This document shows positions 37,350 through 53,150 of a stretch of DNA of 64,000 bases, piece after piece (within the stretch, counting starts at the first letter, position 1; each line of letters starts with the position of its first letter). The stretch lies in the NCBI GenBank assembly GCA_951406725.2, contig OX597821.1:63550001-63614000 (forward strand), in the 5' to 3' direction. Made by a program: the position numbers and the translations under genes. The notes below the pieces were generated by a model. It had not been told where the DNA came from. It ran no database searches and saw nothing but the letters and a program-made list of their open reading frames with translations. This stretch comes from Octopus vulgaris. Lineage: Eukaryota.

Positions 37350-38600
37350 CACATATAAATTACACTCTCCCCGCCCTTCAACTCTCTCACCTCAGTATTA
37401 GCAACAAACATTTCCTCTTACTTTGACTCAAAATATCCATCTATAACTCCGCTAAATATATATGCTTTCACTATAATTCCGACCCAACCACCAATAATTC
37501 TTTGTGTATATCTTTGTGTATCGAGGGCATTGACATCAATTCAATCCCCTCAAACAGACATCAGTTCAATCCTCTTAGAACTTCTCTCATTATTATGTCA
37601 TATTTCTGGTTCCGGTTCAGGAAACGAATCTTTCGCAATACTCAAATCTCTACATCAGTTAGTTTCATCTTCGCCCCACTCTCTGACCAAGAAGACAACC
37701 TTAAATTCTGTCTCAGCTCCAAACCCAACCTGAGCTAAGCCATCACTGTATAAGCATATTTCGAATAGTCTGGCCACTGCTTTATCGTAACAATCTACTA
37801 CACATTCACATAGCAAGCTACGTTCATTAAACCCTTATGAAACTGCAAGTAAGCGGACCTGTCGGAGCCTCACCGAGTTAAACAAACTAACCTTGGTGTC
37901 GCAAGTGCTTAATCCGTTCTCATCAGAAGCAGCTAGATTAGTGACTGGAAAATACTTCACAACGTCTTTACTTCCTACAAATCTACACCAAGGGCGAAAG
38001 TATAATCGGTAGTAGAGATCCCGAAAAGTCTTCCTAATGTGATCGTGTGAATGTTTTCAACTTCAGTATCACAAAGACAGCATTGACGCAAATATTACGA
38101 TAATTTATCTGAACCCACACTTTTAAACATGAGCTAGAATCATCAAGGTCATTAAAATGGAAGATTTCACCAGTGATTTCACTTCCTCGCCATCACAAAA
38201 AAATTATATTCTGCATCAGAGCCAGAGATCATTTTCGCTCCCAACAACGAATATATCTCAACAAAGCGCTTGTGAGTTTCGCTACGGCTCTCACACCACT
38301 GATTGTATATCTTGAGCAAACACTCACATCCTAGATAGCGTATATAGAAAGATCATTCTGACTAGTATGAAGATGCTCACTAAAATACTCCAATCTTTAT
38401 CCCCACAAATCTGATATCGCCTTTTTGTTTCCTCTCAGCTGCCTTAATATCCTCGTCACTACTCCTAAGAACCGCCAGAATAATTACATATAGTTCTCTA
38501 TCCTCAAAACATAAACCTATTGGGATTCCCTCGCTGCACATTTGGTTCTGCAGGCATTGACATACAGCTTATAAATAAAGTGTTAATCTTGTCGGTCTTA
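37350..38600 (+). pseudogene. Very degraded LINE RT remnant (CR1/Jockey-like)
   Basis: C/A-rich block with faint traces resembling SKAFDRVWH, GVPQG and WNSLP motifs in order; heavily frameshifted. Confidence 0.3.
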
Positions 38601-38940
38601 CGGTTGTCAACGGCCTGGGAAATTAAAGAAAGATAGAGAGATAGAAATTATTTGATTACTGAGGCGAATATTTATTTTGCTAGGTTTTACCAGAACCAAT
38701 ATATCCAAATCTTTACCTTGTTCACAAGTAAAGGTATGACTTTGTAAGTTATGCATGATTTACTATAACTATTGCTACTCAGCGGCCGTCTTTCCATTAT
38801 GAATATTTCAAAGTAATACTATCAGCTACCTTGAGATATTAACTTGTTATTTGATAAGGCGATAAAAATTTACACGAGACTTATACTCTAACGAGTTGAC
38901 TCTTTCAGGTTTCGAGTTCTATGTGCGCAATTGTGCTTGT

Positions 38941-39001
<61 letters not shown>

Positions 39002-39284
39002 TGCTTATGCAAAACTTTCTACATAAATATGCATGTGTGTGTGTATATATATAAATGAATAAATATATATATAAATTGCTATAGAAAAATTATGAGTTAG
39101 AGGTTATGCAACCGTCTAAGGGACAAATGTAACCGTAGGTATAACAAACAGAAACTAGCAAGCAGAACCCGCTGTATATGCTTTTTAACTACAATTAAAC
39201 TATGACCTTTTAATACCAATGATTAACTTCTAATTGTTAATTGTTGCTCCATTTCTTTTCTTACATGTATATATATTTATACAC

Positions 39285-39660
39285 ATATATATCCCAAATT
39301 ATATTTAATTTGCTTTGCGGGAAGGACTGTTTCAACGAAGCCGCGTATTGTCCTTGCCCTCGTAGCGCGGGGTTGATGAAAAAGGGACAACTGATGAAGG
39401 AGTATATTCTTTATGTTGCATGTCTCGTTTCTCTGTTTGTTTTCTTCGATGTTCGAAGAAGTTCGTCTTCTATAATTTTGTTTTTATGTTTTCGTGTCTC
39501 ATTGTGTTCAAGGTTTTTGATATCCTGTACCTATATATGCATGTATATATACATATGTATGTAGGCATGTACATATATGTAAGTATATATGCATATATTT
39601 ATATATTATTTCTATTATTATATGACTGAACGCCACACATCCCTTTCTAAGTAAGTTATA
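39285..39660 (+). mobile_element. Family E insert (single arm)
   Basis: Homologous to 16605-16930 and to the reverse complement of 16335-16400; ends in (TA)n. Confidence 0.7.
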
Positions 39661-39715
39661 TATATATGTATATATATATATTTATATATATATATATGTA
39701 TATATGTATATACAT

Positions 39716-39760
<45 letters not shown>

Positions 39761-40850
39761 AACATACACATATATAAATATATACATATTGCGTTTAACC
39801 CAAGGCGCTAGATGAGTGTCACTGACAAGCTAGAATAAAAATGCGAAATCACTGCGATGATCGGACGCTGAGAGAGCCTGCCTCTTTCATCAGTCAATAA
39901 AGTAAGTCCTTCTCGTGGCTAGGGGTTGTTTTCACTCTTATTTCTAGCAAGACTTGTGCCCTCAGTCACAATAGTGACGTATATATTTCTGCCTTTCGGT
40001 TGTAAAATTGCGAATAAGACATCCTTGTTATACACACACACACACACACAAAGACGCACGCACGCACACACAAACACAAAATTATTCATACACACACAGA
40101 GATTAACACGCACGTACATACATACATACATACATACATACATACATACATACATACATACATACATACAAACATATATACATACATACATACATATATA
40201 CATACATACATAGGTATACATGCAAGTATTCGTAGATTTAAGATTTATGACTGGAGTAGTTTCATCGATTTAGAAGTGGTTTTAAATACAACTCGACCAT
40301 TTCAATAAAGGAGATGTTGCGGATAGTATTTCTATGTTTGTATTTAGAGTTTGCACATAATTGAATACCCCAAGTCTAAGAATGTCTTTGATTGAAATCA
40401 ACCAAGTGTACACGGTCTTATAATTTGCAATAATATAAAGATGATTAATCTTTGGTGCATCTGTTGGGGACATTATCGATTTATTGTCCTTACGCTATAC
40501 CAATAATCAGCACCCACCATACAGAGAATTGTTTCAACGAGCAATCATTTCTGAAATCTCACAGACAATTGAATATGATTCCATGCAAGGAGACACCATA
40601 CAATTGTAAAAGTAAAGTACAAAAGTATTGTAATATATAATTACACACACGAATATCTACATACACGCAACACGTGCGCGCATATATGGATAGATGGATA
40701 GATGGATGTATGGATGGATTGATGGATGTATGGATGGTTGGTTGGATTGATGTATGGATAAGTGTTCATGTGAATGTGAGTGTGTTGACTGAAACATGAA
40801 TATTCAGTAAATGCAACGACGTAGTTCTGATAGATTCTATCGAGTCACTG

Positions 40851-40888
<38 letters not shown>

Positions 40889-41985
40889 AAGCAAAATGAG
40901 GTCTTTTCATTTCAAAGGCGAGTCGATTCTCTTAAATAGAAGAATAGGATGCAATAATATTCTCTGTGTTATATTTCAATATTTCATGGAGTTGGATGGA
41001 TTTGACCATGTACATATGAAACAATTCGAGAACAATAAGAATATTAACCCGCAGGAAGAGTAATTATCAAGTGTGTTTGTATTCGTTAGCAATCAATTTC
41101 CAATGACCGGAAAGCTTAAAACATATATAAATAAGTATACGTGTGCGTATACTTGCATGTATGTGTGTATAGGAGCATATTTTATGCGTACACACACACA
41201 CACACACACACATACACACACATATAAGCAAATTGACTCGTTAAGAAAATCTATATAAGACGAAAGCTGTATCTATAATGAGAATTAATGTTTATCGACA
41301 TAGTTGTTATCAAAGAACATAGGATACTGATATTTTAACCCCAGGAGAACCCCCCCTCCAGCTGGTTACCCAGTGCACTACGCACTCAAAATATATTGCT
41401 AGGGAGGAGAGAAATCCCTACTATTCCAGCTATCGTGACCATTAGACCGTGCGGTTTCAACCTTATTATAGTTATCCTCGGTGATTGACACTCGTCTACT
41501 TGGCGTAGTATTTCACCCCACTTTGCAATATATTGAAAATATGTAACACACAGTCACTGATTCTGCAGCAAGTAAATTAGCTCGTTAAGAAAATCTCTAT
41601 AAGAGACGAAAGCAGCATGTATAGTGAGAAGTAATATTTATTGCCAGTGTGTTTTTGTTTCTGTGCGTATGTAATGGCTCAATAAGCGATTACAGGAAAA
41701 GCTAAAATTCTCCTCGAAATCAATATTATCAACATATTTTACTCGACAAATTGTATAGACACATCATCAGTAAGTCTTCTCTGTTTTCTAGTTGGCCAGC
41801 CATGCTAAATGACAAATATAGTGCAGAATTATTATCCGGTCTCCAGAAGTTCGGTACTTCCAAAAGTACGGAAATACTGAGGACTATCATGCATAAATCT
41901 CCATATGATTACAGCCGTTTCGTAATCTTCATTATTGACTCTTCTATAGGTGCATTATACATCGATATACATATACTTAACATTA

Positions 41986-42314
41986 CACCTTCACCTCGAC
42001 TTACGACCGAGTTCCGTTCAGACTGACTGGTCGTAAGTCGGTCTGGTCGCATGTCGGATTTATATCGTTCAACACATTTTTCACTCAAACGCAACTGATG
42101 CTTGAAAGCGACTGAGTGAGAGACAGTGAGAGGCAGTGGATGCCTGGCTCTCAAAGAGGCCTGCGTTGCCATATGCTGCCATAGTTATCGTACGCGCAAT
42201 TGCCTTGTCATCCGAAAATTGTTTATTTAACTATTTTTAAGAATTTCCTTATTGTTTGTGGTCTCAAGTGTGAGTAGTTGTGAGTCGCATTGGTCATAAG
42301 TCGAGCAGAAGGTG
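41986..42314. mobile_element. Tigger/pogo-like MITE
   Basis: TIRs caccttcacctcgacttacgacc / ggtcataagtcgagcagaaggtg flanked by TA; subterminal gtcgtaagtcg-like repeats. Confidence 0.8.
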
Positions 42315-42405
42315 TATATACTACAATTCTATACGCAAGTAGAGTAATACGGAATGTTATGGCTATATCATCCTAGAATACATTCTAGATGTTACTCAGG
42401 ACAAT

Positions 42406-42722
42406 GGAGGCGCAATGGCCTAGTGGTTAGGGCAGCGGAATTGCGGTCGGAGGATCGCGGTTTCGATTCCCAAACCAAGCGTTGTGTGTGTCTATTGAGC
42501 AAAAACACCTAAAGCTCCACGAGGTTCCGGCAGGGGGTGGGGGTGGCGACCCCTGCTGTACTCTTTCGCCCCAACTTGCTCTCACTCTTTCTCCCTGTTT
42601 CTTGAGTAAAACTGCGAAGAACCGGCGTTCCGTCCAGCTGGTGGGAATACATACGCCGTAGAAACCGGGAAATCGGTCCCATGAGTTTGGCTAGGATTGA
42701 AAAGGGCGCATAAATAAAATAA
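42406..42722 (+). mobile_element. tRNA-derived SINE (family A)
   Basis: A box tggcctagtgg, B box ggtttcgattcc, unrelated body and an A-rich tail taaataaaataaaa. Confidence 0.85.
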
Positions 42723-43002
42723 AATTCAGGATAATACAACCGTTTAGCATAGCATTAGCATTATACCAAAAGGTTTGTTCATGTAATGTGCAAATAGGAT
42801 CATTCGATGATCAAGCCGCATTTACGAAAATACTATATGTTTATTTAAAGCCAGTTTCATGGTTTCAAACTATATTTCATTCCCATTTATTCATAGCATA
42901 AGTTCATGTCTAAAAAATAGTGATACATTGAAATTAATGATACATATTCCAATAAACGTATGTCTCATTTCACACTTTATTTCGAAACAAGTTCTCTTAT
43001 AT

Positions 43003-43216
43003 CCTTTTCTACTCAACGTACAAGGCTCGAAATTTTGTGGGAGGGGGCCAGCCGATTAGATCAATCCCAGTACGCTACTAGCACTTAATTTATCGAACCC
43101 GAAAAGATGAAAAGCAGAATCGACCTCGGCGGAATTTGAACTCAGAACGTAAAGACAGGAGAAATACTGCTAAGCATTTCGCCCGGCGTGCTAACGTTTC
43201 TAATAGCTCGCCGCCA
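43003..43216 (-). mobile_element. SINE family B
   Basis: gacctcggcggaatttgaactcagaacgt...agctcgccgcc. Confidence 0.85.
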
Positions 43217-44187
43217 TTCACTAGTTATGATATACACCGCAAAACTACGATAAACGCTAACTTATATGATTTTTTTTACTACGTGCGTTTCACCGTTGTT
43301 ATTGGCTGTGACTTTGCACTGGATGTTCCAGGTGCAACTGGATGCTCTTAACTACAACGAAGCATCATGGAAATGCTTTATTGCAGCGAACTAATGACAT
43401 TGTGTGAGTGTCTATGTGTATGTATGCATGTATGCATGTATGTTTGTATAAAATATAGAAGAAAACTTAGAAATAAAATTTATTTGACGTATTTGTAGGA
43501 TATTTACCAAAAAAGAAATGGATATTTTCATAAATATTGTTCAACAGATTTAGTGGCACTGTTCACATAGGCATTAAAATGTTTGTTTTGTTATGAGGTT
43601 TGCACAGAAATGGTTTTAAATATATTGAAATTCTATTTCATTTACAGTTTTGATTTGTGCTGAAATCAAAGTTACAATGATGTTTTAACGCGGGAGTGGT
43701 CTATATATTTAATATAAAAATGTGTATGCAATGATGCATTGAATACTAATAAAACATAAAGTAATAGTATGTTTTACAATAAAAGATAAAGGTTACACAA
43801 TCTTCTACTAGAGCTGTTTTGAGATCAGTTTTGATGAATTTAGTTAAAATTTCAAGTAAAATAGAGAGATGAAGAAAACATTAAGAATATCAAAGCAACT
43901 TGTATGTTACTTTTATAAATACATTTACAATGTATGAAAGTTATTTCAGAGTTACCTAACTTGAAAAATGTTAATTACTTATTGCATAATGTCAACCAAG
44001 ATCATCAAAGCACAATAAACTTCTGAAAAACATTTATAGAATATAATTGAAATGCTTTTAATGTTTCCTAAACGATTTTATAGTATACGTCAGTATATGT
44101 TAATGCAAACTGTAATATCCATCTACTGATATGTATGGTTGTATTTGTGTGTCAAGCTGTTCTGTGTAATATGTAATATAGAATATT

Positions 44188-44356
44188 AAGGCGCGGCGAG
44201 CTGGCAGAATCATTAACACGCCGAGCAAATGCTTAGCGGTATTTCATATGTCTTTCGCTATCGATAAAATAAATTTCAGTTGAGTAACGGAGACGATGTA
44301 ATCGACTTACCTACTTCCCATAAATTGCTGATCTTATGCCAACATTCGAAACTAAT
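44188..44356 (+). mobile_element. SINE family B (internally deleted)
   Basis: ggcgagctggcagaatcattaacacgccg...gcttagcggtatttc. Confidence 0.7.
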
Positions 44357-44535
44357 ATGTAAGCTAGTGCAACTTGATGCATGCTCGGGCCCTTGGCAAC
44401 TGGATCGCCAAAAAACCAAGTAGCCTCGATGAACAGGGTAATCCTTATGCATCATACAGGAAGAGAAGACTCATCACACGTTGATTGAACTTAGAGCCTT
44501 CATATAAGCATCCAATTACATGTAATCTAAACATA

Positions 44536-44750
44536 CGGTGGGGTGCTGAAAAGTTCCTGGCTTTGGGTTAAAGAAAATAGAGTGGATCAGATAATTATCA
44601 TTTTATTTAACATATTGCCCTCTCAGATTCATTGACATCGCACCGGTCCTTCAGTTTTTCTAAGCCCTGTAAAAGAACTCGGAAGTTTGGCCTCCAACCG
44701 TTACTTTCGCGATACTGTTAAAACCAGGAACTTTTCAGCCCCAGCCCCTC
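44536..44750. mobile_element. Mariner-derived MITE
   Basis: TIRs gctgaaaagttcctggcttt / aaaaccaggaacttttcagc; TA on the left. Confidence 0.75.
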
Positions 44751-44762
44751 AAGCGTGTATTT

Positions 44763-44836
<74 letters not shown>

Positions 44837-45421
44837 CCATATATACATACATATGCATATATATGGGCTTAGATTTTTGCGGTTTGGTTGCCAGGCGCCC
44901 ATTTGGAGTACGAGGTTGTGTGGTACATTTAGCCGTGGTGAAGGCAGCTAACCAGGAAGATGCGGAAATTTGATAGAAAAATCGTGGAATATGTTGTTCA
45001 TCGTGTTCTTTGTAAACATTTACACAAAATTGCTGTTATTAGTAGTTCCGAAATCTATGGCTCTTCAAGATCTCACTAACTTTGCTGCGCCAGTTGGTGC
45101 TGTTGTTGATACTACTACACCCACCAACACACACGCACACACTCATGTGTACACTTATAGAGGAGTAGTATAAGATGTTGTTTCAGTGACTCGTGTGGCT
45201 AACATAGAAAGGTCCTCTTACGGACTCGCTAGATTTTTCTTATTTGCATAAATTTTTGAATATACAATGTAATGCTGAACATACGTATTAATGTAATCAT
45301 GTGCGCATAATTTCTTCCCTATTAATACTACTCGAAGAAGGCCGCGTAACGACCGTGATCTTATGGAGGTCTGGTGGTTAAATAAATACATATCGACCTC
45401 TCATCCCTCCTGAATTTATTG

Positions 45422-45497
<76 letters not shown>

Positions 45498-48400
45498 GTA
45501 TGTGTGTGGATAGATGGATGGATGTACTTGCTAGCAATAAACATTTGCGTACCAGTTGCTAGGAATGTGTTTAATATGTAAATTTATCCGTCCATTAGTG
45601 TAACACAGCTAAACTTAGTGGTTACTTAAGCAATGTGCCCGAGGATAGTTGATGGGTTGGATGCGGTGCTGATGAAAGCAGAATAACTGCTGAAATATGC
45701 ACATACAACCATTACCTATTTTTCCTATATTCGACTGCGTTGTTCACATAGATGCATTTGCATACAAATGATCTGATCTCTATACAAAATCTGTAGACAT
45801 AAACGTAAAATAAAGATAAAGATATATATTAAATTTATAGATTAACACATCGTTACTATTATATATGCGAGATATAACATATATATTCCTCAAAAGATGT
45901 TTCTAGGTAGTGAAACGGAAATATATGAAGTTCTCTGACGTATATGGAGCTTTTGTTCCTAATCATACATCTGTTTATGAATGCAATACTTTTTAAGATT
46001 CGTGCTATTTCTATTGTATTTGCGTCGGTCCAACTTTTTTAAAGAGAAAAACATGAAATAATTTGAAAAGTAGTGAAGATATAAAACAAATAAAATGGAT
46101 ACGAAAAGGTCATACTTTCTCCTCGATATAAGGTTTGAAGCGAAGTGTTGAATCTGGTGGAATAATTATTAAAATATAGAAAAATTAAAAAATATATACA
46201 ATAGTTTCAATAAAAGATTACAAGAGAATGATGTCGTTCATCATGGAAATTAAAGATTTATATTAAAGATTATAAGTTTCAAAATATCGATTAAAATGTT
46301 ATGGAGTTGTGTGACAGCTGATCTTACGGAAGCTATATTTGCAGTCTCTGTTTACATTACTGAAGATATCTGTCGGTTGCAACCCTTGGCCAAAACTGCT
46401 TTCTGCTGACCAGAGTGCAGGTATGAAATTCAGAGCTGGAACAAATATTACAAGACCCTTATAAAGACTTAACAACACTGCCAAACCGCTATCATGGATA
46501 GGCATTTTATTTATCGATTTCGAAATAATGAAAGGCAAAGTTGACGTCAGGTTGAGCTTTGATTTCATAGCCTAAAAGATGAGTGTGAATATGGACAAAT
46601 ATTATATCTGTCCGATACTTTGATGACTGACAATTCGCTGTTTACATTTTAAAGAGAATGTGTCAAATTGGGCAAGCTTATCCGGAGGTAGGGTGAATTT
46701 CAAGCATTTTAGCGACTGTTTATTAATGTGTCGACATTTCGTGAAGAATAATGAACTTGCATTTAGGTAACTCATAGAAATTATGTTGCTATTCCGCACG
46801 ATGATATTTGCCTGGTGTACACAATTTGCAGGGGTCGATACAACAGACAAGAGGAGTTGGGTTTTAATCAACAGGATTCAATAAAGAGATAATAAGCTAA
46901 ATGAGAACCGACAAGGCAATACTCTATCAAACGAGGCTTTAAACACGTAGTACATTATATTTATGTTTCCTGCAGAGATGTTCTCTTAGACGAGAGCTGC
47001 AATATATATTTTGCCGAGAGACATTGCAGAAAACTTTTGAGAGTCGTTCTCCCGAGGAATTACCGTTTGAAAAGCAGGAATATACTCTTCTGTACAGTAA
47101 CTTTAGTTTTCAAACGTCAATCTTTTAGATCCAGATTTTGAATCGTCTTCACTTCTGGCAAACAAATTTTCTTAATTAATGCAAAACTTTTTCACTGAAT
47201 GTTATCCTGTTGCTTTCGTCATCACCACAACTCTTTGTTAAACTGATGCAGAATAATGATCTTAATTCTGGCGCCAACGAATCAACGTGCCACTGATTTA
47301 ATATCATTGAAATAATCTGCGAATCTTATATATGTTCAGCAATGAATACAACTTTTCCCTTTTATTGTAGGCAACAAGACACAGTCCAGTATGACCTGCA
47401 TTACTCACTGGTTTTTCACTTGCTCTCAAAATCAGTTAAGCGTAAAAATTTACATTCTATCTTACCAATGTAATGTTTACGGTCTGTGTTACGATTTAGG
47501 TTAGTGCTAGTGATTTCTGCTTTTTATATGATCGATTCAGAATTCCAAGTGAGACTGAGTGAACAATTATCGTTGTTTTCTGCATGGACACTTAGCTTTT
47601 AGTTGGCTTTGATGGATTGTCTTATAGTGCTTTGCTTGTTTGGATTATAGATTTAAAAAAAAACAATTTAGTTTTGTTATTGCTGAATAATTCTCCACAA
47701 TGGTGTTTAATTCAGAAACAATTTTCTATTAAGTCTCGGAACTTATTCGTTATATACGATATGACCTCTACAGAATCTGGTTATGTAAACCAAATAATGA
47801 TGTAAGGTGTGTTCTTAATAGTGGAAAGCAAACGGTTTGAAGGTGTAAGTAATCTTTTAACAGCTAAAACACTATTATAATAAAAAAGATGGGTAGGGAT
47901 GATATTCACATGGTATTTGTTAATCGCAAATTCTGTTCCAATACACCGAACGGATGGTCGTTTCGCTTGTCAATAAAATATGGGTACGAAGATACTCAGA
48001 AATTCACCTCCTTCTAAACTCCATATACTTTTCGGCCGTTAAACGTTATGGCGTATTTATATGTTATCATATTACATCCGTTGCTTTCGTAATACTTTTT
48101 CTTCGACAAATTACTTAAGGATGAATAACATGATAAAATATTTGGAGAGCGGACATTACAAGAATATCACTGTAACTTGTTTCTTCTTTCTTTTCTTTCT
48201 TTCTTTCACTCTATTTCTTTCTCTATTTAGCTTCCTATTTTTCTTTATATCTATCTCTTCCTGCATAATTATGTTTGTCTAGAGCTAAATAATATTGTAA
48301 TTGAAATATATATATGTTTGAAGTGCCTCACGTGAAAATAGCAAATCGTGATTATGAATGAATCTTTCAAGTGTTATTACATATACTGAAGAACATCTAA

Positions 48401-48869
48401 TGCTTATAGGCAATATTTTCGGGAATCATATTACAGAGTGCACTCGAGATAAGCAGAGAGAAAAAGGTGGCTTGGAGGGTATGGATGTAAACACTACTCT
48501 AAAAGGCTGTCATCGATGGGAAATCTTATGAACATATTTCAATTATATCAATAGATTTTTGATGGAATCGTTTATATACGAGTAGAAGGTGATTTTCTAC
48601 GCGGTTCTGGTTTATGATTACAACATACACGTTGCCTATGTACGTATGTGTGTTTGTGCTTGTGAGAGAGGGAGGGAGTGTGTATGTAAATGTTGTGCGT
48701 GCGTAGAGAGATGTGTAAATGTGTCCATATATGTATTCATATTAAGGAAGGGAAGAAATAGTATCCAAGCCCTAACATGCGAAAAGTGTAAGTCACGAAA
48801 ACAAAATTGTATGTCAAGTGAAAAACAGGATAAACAATGAGATCTGATTTGAGCTAACAACCCTCATAT

Positions 48870-49137
48870 TACGGCACTCCGTCGGTTACGACGTCGAGGG
48901 TTCCAGTTGATTGAATCAAAAGAACAGCCTGCTCGTGAAATTAAAGTGCAAGTTGCTGAGCACTCCACAGACACGTGTATCCTCAATATAGTTCTCGGGG
49001 AGATTCAGCGTGACACAGAGTGTGACAAGGTTAGCCCTTTGAAATACAGGTACAACAGAAACAGGAAGAAAGAGTGAAGGGAAGTTGTGCTGAAAGAGTA
49101 CAACAGGGTTCACCGACCCAACCCCTGCCGGAGCCTA
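48870..49137 (-). mobile_element. SINE family A, 3' part
   Basis: Matches 3660-3890. Confidence 0.8.
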
Positions 49138-49299
49138 TACTCTTCTAACATTTCGTTCTGAAACATCTGTATATTGAGTACAACACCGGTTTATTGGTCT
49201 CGCATTGCCTAAGTGAAATATATATACGAGTGCGCACGCGCGTGTGTATGGGGAGGCGAAGTACAAGCACGTCTGTGAGTTCGTGTATCTGTATATACA

Positions 49300-50190
<891 letters not shown>

Positions 50191-50522
50191 ATTGCTTTCG
50201 TGTACGTTTGAGAATGTGAGTACCTCATTTGTTTTACAAAGATACACATCCAGAGGAAGGGTCGCATCTTACTTAACTATACAGTACAATGAATATGCCA
50301 CTCACACACGAAAAGTTTCTTTATTTTTCAAGCTCAGTTGCAGCTTTCAAAATTTATGTTACATAATAAGCAGATTGCGAAATCCTCCTTAATTTACTCA
50401 ATAAATACCTTTTATTTCATTCCCATATTTCTTACTGCGCTTCGTTCAGTATCTCTACTGTCTCGGAGCCATTAACCTTTGAATTAGATGATGATGATGA
50501 TGATGATGACGACGACGACGAC

Positions 50523-50561
<39 letters not shown>

Positions 50562-53082
50562 AAAGGAAGGAGAAAATAACCGTTGAAGACCACACCCCAC
50601 CGGCATGGAAGAAGTTGAAAACCTCCGTAAAATATCTGGAGAGATGAAAAGAGTCACAATGAAAATGCAGACTAGATTACACGTATAGAAGGATCCTACC
50701 AAAACTTTCCAGAACAAGCATAGGAAGACATCACAATAGCAAACGTAAGGATGACACACACGAAAACTCACAAGTGGAAATCTCCTGGTAATGATAGGGT
50801 GCCGAATTTCTGACTCGTTTCACTCCTGTGCGCATACGAAAATTTAGTCAAGTGATTCAATGAAATTATGAGAGAGCCCACAAAAACACCTGATTGGTTA
50901 ACAAGAGATATTACTTACCTATACCCGAAGAATAACGAAACTAAATTTCCCCCCAAAACAATCGGTCCATAACATGTCTATCTACCACGTATAAAATTTT
51001 AACATCCATCCTTGTGGAGAAAACATGCAAACTTATGGAACAGAACGATATTTTCCCCACTGAACAAAAAGGGCGCCGACGAGGCCCATATGGATGCAAA
51101 GACTGACTTTTAATTAATAGCACGATCCTTGAGAACTGTCATAACAAACGCAGAAATCTCAATACTGCATGGATTGATTATAAAAAGGCCTTCGACGGCA
51201 TACCGCATTCATGGAAATCGCTGGATATCTTCAAAATTTCTTCTGTGATTTCAAACTTTCTGAAGTACAATATGTCAGTGTGGAATACGAATCTCCAATT
51301 ATAACACTCTAATGGAATACTGACCACAAAAAATATCAATATCAACTGCGGCGTTGTTCACGGTGATTCACTTTCACCTTTAGTTTTCTGCATAGTCCTA
51401 ATACCTCTTACAAGCAAACTTCACAGAACAGAGTATGGATATAAAATTGGCAATAAGAAAATAAGTGATTTATTTTATATGGATAACTTAAAACTCTATA
51501 GCAAAGACAACAATAAACTTGAAGGACTACTACATACTATGAAAGCATTCAGATATGACATTGGGATAGAATTTGGTATTGAAAAATGTACCAAGGCCAC
51601 TTTCCTGAAAAGGAAACTCAAGAACTCACATTCAGGTTCTGGATGTTGACACAGTCATAAAAGAACTCGTGCAGGAACAAATTTACAAATACCTCGGAAT
51701 AAACAAGGGCTCTGCATTCAGTATGCAAGTGTGAAAAAGAAGATCAGGAGGGAGTATTGCAGGAGAGTTCAAGCAGTCCTAAAATCCGAGTTAAATGCAC
51801 GTAACAAGGAGTTAGATATAAATTCTTTAGCAGTTCCGGTTATTGAGCGAAATAAAGAAGATTGACAGGATAATCTGTAAGCCATAGGCTTGCAATAAGA
51901 TGCACCACTCAAAGTCAGACGCAGATCGTCTTTACCTACCCAGAGCTCAAGGAGATAGAGACTTGGTCCAATTTGAAATTTCTTACAAACCACCACAATT
52001 GGACTAGCAACATATCTTGAAACTTCAAACGACTGGTTGCTAAAGCTTGTTGAAAGCCATGAAAGATGTAAGAAGCTTCATTCTGTTATGAAGGAGAGCA
52101 AACGATTTTCTTATGAGTTTATGCATAATTCACAGCATGAGGGTAGTGCAGCAACTGTAGTTGCAAAGAAGGTGAAATCAATCACAAAGCAAAATGCGTT
52201 TGAACAATTGACTGATAGGCAGGAACAAAAACCTCTGCATGGCAAATATGTGGCCAGTAGCAAACAAGTTGATGTAGAACATAAGCACACCCATCAGAGG
52301 CTACGGATCTCAGGGCTAAATTTAGAGAGTGAAAGCTTTATCTCGGCTGCCCAAGAGCTTATTGACTCGGAACTATCAATCCAATATGATGAAAAATGGT
52401 GTAGACCCAAAGTGCTAATGCTGCAACGACGGAATAGAAACAGTGAACCACGTAATCTCTGAATGCAATGTTTTAGTACCTGAGTTGGCCAATATCTATT
52501 ATGGATAATAATGTGTCGGTATTATAAAATCAAAACTGCTGACAAATGGTACAAGCATCACTTTGAGACTGTAACTGAGGGAGAAAATGTAACTATCCTA
52601 TGGGACTTCCCATTATGTACAGACCGGACCATCAAAGCAAATAAACCAAATATTGTTGTGAAAGACCAAAACATTGAAGTATGTTTATTGATTGACATGA
52701 GCAAACCCTGTAAGCATAATATCTCAGCAAATTTAAAGATTTGGTAATCAAAATCGAAAAGATGTGATATCTCAAGACGGTTGCAATACCAGTGATTGTA
52801 GGAGCACTTGGAATGATCAAAGAAGAAGCTTAAATTTATTTAAGAATTATTTCTGATTTACCATCCATGCAGGAAGTACAAAAGATTGTCTTAACTGGTA
52901 CGTCACACGTACTGAGAAGAGCATTGTCGCTGTGAATTTTCTTTCCGCTTTTGCCTCTTTATTTTATTTGTTTACTTTTCTATTTTCTATTCCCCGTTTT
53001 CTCTATCACATGACTCTGTAAATGAACAATCTGGTGTGTTTGCTTTAATGGCCTAACAATGTATAAAGTACGTTTCTCTGCC

Positions 53083-53126
<44 letters not shown>

Positions 53127-53150
53127 TGATGATGATGATAATAATAATAA
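50562..53150 (+). mobile_element. 5'-truncated, decayed R4/Dong-like non-LTR retrotransposon (RT + restriction-like endonuclease)
   Basis: Broken frames: WKSPGND, ITCLSTTYKILTSIL, EQKG, WIDYKKAFDGIPHSW, GDSLSPLVF, FYMDNLKLY, YKYLG, ILWDFPLCTDRTIKANKPNIVV..CLLIDM. It ends in an (AAT)n tail and is preceded by (GAT)n. Confidence 0.9.

Noticed and set aside
42406-42480. tRNA gene
   Set aside because: A and B boxes are present but the acceptor stem does not close and the sequence continues into a repeated body with an A-rich tail; it is a SINE head.
45325-45420. HHR-like ctcgaagaaggcc before (TA)n (similarly atgaagaagactgcagtc at ~18108)
   Set aside because: No GAAA or closing stems could be built.
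46976-47140. Possible exon after tttcctgcag (DVLLDESC...FCTVTLVF, faintly CUB-like)
   Set aside because: Runs into a stop with no convincing donor site; similarity too weak.
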